A DNA stretch of 64,000 bases, taken from a virus (Duplodnaviria; Heunggongvirae; Uroviricota; Caudoviricetes). The stretch's first letter is position 1. Every line of letters starts with the position of its first letter. The position numbers and the translations under genes are program-made. The stretch lies in the IMG/VR virus record IMGVR_UViG_2861084961_000001; one strand, given 5' to 3'. Below the pieces are notes generated by a model. The model had not been told where the DNA came from, searched no databases, and was given only the letters and a program-made list of their open reading frames with translations. Positions 60,613-64,000 of this stretch are shown one piece after another.

Positions 60613-62172
60613 CTAATCTCGTTTCAGAACCCCAAAATCGAATGCTCCATCAATAGGCAATACACCTTCTGCAAAGCCAGGTGTGGTGTCGATGATGTGT
60701 TTTCGCTCATAAGAGTGAGACAACAGGTATTTGTTGCTAATGTCAATGAAATCAGTGATAAAACACACGTTTGCCTGATTTTTTTTGGCTCGTAAGCCAC
60801 GACCGACACGCTGTCTCATTTCAACTTCTGCTTTCCCACCACCAGCAAGAATGACCGCACCAACGCTTGGCACATCAACACCAACATCCAGAATAGTCGA
60901 GCCTATTAAAACATCTATTTCACCAGACGCTAAACTGTTCAGCTTTGCTTGCCTTGTCGTCTGGTTAGATTCCCCATAGATGAAATCAACTCTAAGACCT
61001 GACTCCTTCATCATCTCCATCAGGATTTGCCCGTGGCGTTTAAGACGAACCAGAGTCATGCAGTTGAGTGAATGTTGCTTATAAAGCAATGCCTCGCGCA
61101 CTATGGCCTCGTTACGTCCCAAATTATACACGATCCCCAACTGATAAGCCTTTTGGTAGGCGGTGCTCATACCAACTCTAAAATTGAGGTGTTTGTTGGC
61201 AAGTTCGGCCTTGATTCTGGCCTCGTCTGGTTTGTAGGCAACTTTATGATAAAGGAAGTACGGCTTTGCCAGAATGCCTCGATCAATCAGGTACTTTTCT
61301 GTGACTTTAATTTCAATTCGCCCGGCCACCGCCATCAGGCGCATGTTGGCTTCCGTCGAATCCTTCATGAACGGCGTGGCTGTAAGCGCCAGACGATAGT
61401 CTGCGTTCACACATAATCTGGCGATGTCATAGAAATTTGAGCCTGAAGACTCATGCGCCTCTTCCAGAATAAGAAGAGAGACACTTGAAAGGAAGCGTTT
61501 CACCAACTCCCGACGTTTGAGGTGGTAGCTCTTCTTATCTGGAGTTGCATCGCGTGGTGGTTCTTCAAGGAAACTTGCCAGAGTTTGAACTGTAGCGACG
61601 TTGATATGTCGTGATACCTGGAACTCACCCGAGCCAATTACTCCAACCTTTTGGTCTTTTAACCACGGTTCGCCATTTTCGGCGCGGTAGTCGATGGATC
61701 TCTGGAAGTTTTCGGCCATCTGAAACATCAGAACAGAGCGGGTTGTTAAAAATAATGTCATTCGACCGATACGTGCAGCTGCTTTGCAGGCAACATTAGA
61801 TTTCCCGCCACCAGTAGCGATCTGCGCAATCATCATTCCCTCGCGAACTAGCGTTTCCACAGTCTGATCCTGATACGCATAATCAGGATTGTATGGGAAT
61901 GGGTTAACCGCCGGATTTGGCTTTCCAAGCGCCGGGGCTTTGTCTTTGCGGATATGAACACATTTGATGCCCGCCTTGTTCAAGTTCGCCGCTACAGGCT
62001 TGGCAAAGCCAGCAGGGAACGAGTTTTTACTCCAGTTGAACATTGTGCTTGTGCCCTTCCAGTCGCCAGTCTCGACTTCGTAGCTCAACATCTGTTGCAC
62101 CAGTTGCTTTACCTTGTCATCTGCGCCAGAAATAAGCGCATTAACTGCGTTAGATACAATCCGAACAGTCAT
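60613..62172 (-). CDS. superfamily-2 DNA/RNA helicase
   Basis: Motif I ATGGGKS, motif II LEEAH, motif III TATP, motif VI QRVGRGLR; 519 aa intact. Confidence 0.7.
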   Translation of the reverse strand: MTVRIVSNAVNALISGADDKVKQLVQQMLSYEVETGDWKGTSTMFNWSKNSFPAGFAKPVAANLNKAGIKCVHIRKDKAPALGKPNPAVNPFPYNPDYAYQDQTVETLVREGMMIAQIATGGGKSNVACKAAARIGRMTLFLTTRSVLMFQMAENFQRSIDYRAENGEPWLKDQKVGVIGSGEFQVSRHINVATVQTLASFLEEPPRDATPDKKSYHLKRRELVKRFLSSVSLLILEEAHESSGSNFYDIARLCVNADYRLALTATPFMKDSTEANMRLMAVAGRIEIKVTEKYLIDRGILAKPYFLYHKVAYKPDEARIKAELANKHLNFRVGMSTAYQKAYQLGIVYNLGRNEAIVREALLYKQHSLNCMTLVRLKRHGQILMEMMKESGLRVDFIYGESNQTTRQAKLNSLASGEIDVLIGSTILDVGVDVPSVGAVILAGGGKAEVEMRQRVGRGLRAKKNQANVCFITDFIDISNKYLLSHSYERKHIIDTTPGFAEGVLPIDGAFDFGVLKRD

Positions 62173-62217
62173 AAACCTCTTTCCTTAGTGCCTTTTGTAT
62201 GTTATTTGGCTATTATA

Positions 62218-62237
62218 ATAAGTAAGTGATTACTTAG
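62218..62237. promoter_or_regulatory. motif A palindrome (ATAAGTAA-GTGA-TTACTTAG) in the divergent helicase / ParB-like promoter region
   Basis: Between 62172 (minus-strand start) and 62255 (plus-strand start). Confidence 0.4.
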
Positions 62238-62254
62238 TGGATTGTAGCAATAAA

Positions 62255-62935
62255 ATGGATGTAAAAATCACGATTTTGCAGGTTGATGTTGCCAACCTTC
62301 GCCCGAATACCTGGAACACCAATTCGGTTGGTGCGCAGAATTTTGAAAAACTGAAAGGTTCTATCGAAAAATTGGGCTTTTTTAAGCCAATTTTGGCTCG
62401 TGAACTTGAAGATGGATTTTTTGAAATCCTCGGCGGCGAACATCGCTGGCGTGCCGCTATTGAGCAAGGAATTTCAATGGTTCCAGTGCTTTCTGTGGGC
62501 AAAATTAGCGATGTCGTAGCTAAACAGATGTCACTGGTGGACAACGAGCGATACGGTGAAGACGACCAAATCGCATTGCAACGCTTCATTGAAGAAATTC
62601 AGTCAGAACTTGACTATCAACTGTCTGAAATCGCCCCGTATGACGACGAAATCTCGATGGTTTTAGCAAAAGAGGCGGCAATCGACCTTGAAGCACTGGA
62701 GGCGTTGTCTCGTGGTAGTGATGAGCCTGTCGATACCGACAAACGAGAGAAAACCGAACGTGTGGGGGCGGAACATCAGACCATGCGCTTCAAAGTAACT
62801 TTCGATGCGTCAGATCGTGTTGCAGAAACCATAAAAAACATCATCAAAGAGCAGGCTATTAACACCGGTAATGAAATGGAGAACGCTGGTGAGGCTCTGG
62901 TGTGGCTGGTCGACTACTACAAGGAGCGTATGTAA
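62255..62935 (+). CDS. ParB/Srx-fold nuclease-domain protein
   Basis: LRPNTWNTN...GFFKPILARELEDGFFEILGGEHRWRAAIEQGISMVPV; ATG 62255 within track ORF 62237..62935. Confidence 0.55.
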   Translation: MDVKITILQVDVANLRPNTWNTNSVGAQNFEKLKGSIEKLGFFKPILARELEDGFFEILGGEHRWRAAIEQGISMVPVLSVGKISDVVAKQMSLVDNERYGEDDQIALQRFIEEIQSELDYQLSEIAPYDDEISMVLAKEAAIDLEALEALSRGSDEPVDTDKREKTERVGAEHQTMRFKVTFDASDRVAETIKNIIKEQAINTGNEMENAGEALVWLVDYYKERM

Positions 62936-63602
62936 TGACCAAAAAGTTTGAAATCGTATATCGCGACCCGGCAGATCTTATTCCCTATGAGATGAATGCC
63001 AAAAAGCATGATGAACAGCAGATCCGAGATCTGGCCGCAGCCATTAAAAGCGCGGATTTGACCAGCCAATTACGGTCGATAAGAACGACGTAATTATTAC
63101 TGGCCACGGCCGCCGTGAGGCTGCAATTTTTGCTGGACTTGAGCGCGTACCGGTTATTGTTCGCGATGATCTCAGTGATGACGAGGTTCGTGCGAAGCGC
63201 CTTGAAGATAACCGACTTGCCAGCATTGATTACGATGCAATTAAGCTACAGAAAGAACTTGAGTCGCTTGTTCTGGACGATATCGAGGTTTTCGGCTTTG
63301 AAGAGCGGGAGTTGAATGTTCTCGTTGGCAGCATGACAGAAGAAATGGACACCGACTCGCTAGTTATCGATCTGGGCGAAGAAACTAAACGACAGAAGGA
63401 TGAACACACCGAGATCAGTCGTGAAGTTGCAGCGGAAGAAGTACGTGTTGTCGACGTATTGGGCTTTAAAACGCTCCCTGCTGGCTCTGCCATTGTTGTT
63501 GGTGATTTGCTTGCCCACATGGAAGAAATGACGGGAGAAAGCGGGGTAGACGCATTTGTGGCATATGCGGAGAAGATCTCTTCCGGGGAGATGGCTGCAT
63601 GA
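62935..63602 (+). CDS. second ParB-like domain protein (frameshift near 63050)
   Basis: IVYRDPADLIPYEMNAKKHDEQQIRDLAAAIKSA then, in the other frame, FDQPITVDKNDVIITGHGRREAAIFAGLERVPVIV. Confidence 0.5.
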
Positions 63603-64000
63603 GCAAATACATCATCAACGTATCGTTTCAGACACGCGTAAATAAAACCACGCGCACGTTGGAAATCGCTGAGTCGTTCGGGCTTGGCCTGGACGAAAAA
63701 GAGTGGACGCTTTACGACAATCTGGAGCTGGAAGTGAAGCAGGCGATGTGGTGTACATCACCGGCCAATCCGGTTCAGGTAAATCCGTTGTGTTGCGCGA
63801 GTTGCAACGCCAGATGAAGGATGAAGGGCTTTCTGTAGCTTCTATTGATGACTTTACCTTCGATAATGAGGTTAACGTCATTGACCAACTGGGCAAAACT
63901 ACCAGTGATGCGCTTGGGTTGTTATCTATGGCAGGTCTGAACGATGCATATCTGTTTGTTCGCAAGCCTTCTGAAATGTCAGACGGTCAGAAATATCGTC
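63599..64000 (+). CDS. P-loop ATPase (ABC-like), partial at window end, frameshift near 63745
   Basis: Walker A GQSGSGKS and SDGQKYR in the frame following ORF 63599..63817. Confidence 0.4.

Overview
Almost the whole 64-kb window is one densely packed phage-like mobile element with a P1-type plasmid replicon, i.e. a probable phage-plasmid. Embedded in it at about 48.2-51.6 kb is a block that looks like enterobacterial chromosome: divergent mrp/apbC and metG, both intact, next to a UmuD-prime-like gene behind a perfect LexA box. Element genes recognised from motifs: P1 RepA homologue flanked by 12 and 5 iterons plus a GATC cluster and DnaA box; CobT-like vWA protein and CobS/MoxR-like AAA+ ATPase; DnaE-like Pol III alpha with a UDG-like ORF; DnaQ-like exonuclease; FEN-type 5-prime exonuclease; RecA-like recombinase; SbcD/SbcC-like nuclease pair; RuvC-like resolvase; NrdA/NrdB; thymidylate synthase; DHFR; RNase HI; two DNA methyltransferases; SPFH lipoprotein; SF2 helicase; tandem ParB-like proteins. 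From recalled gene content this resembles pHCM2/SSU5-type phage-plasmids, but nothing was searched. Many conserved genes are split across frames; the junctions I traced sit at homopolymer runs, so I read them as sequencing indels and report full gene spans. Two palindromic motif families recur in intergenic regions on both sides of the host block. Other unexplained structure: a CA-rich strand-skewed 0.8-kb region, direct-repeat arrays, GCGC-core hairpins, and a 480-bp ORF-free region upstream of RNase HI. Candidate host-manipulation genes include an HD-domain (p)ppGpp-hydrolase-like protein, a ClpX zinc-finger-like protein, a TerB-like protein and a very acidic protein. Coordinates I derived by hand may be off by 1-2 nt; ORF-track coordinates are used where possible. 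No rRNA, tRNA, CRISPR array, integrase or transposase was found.
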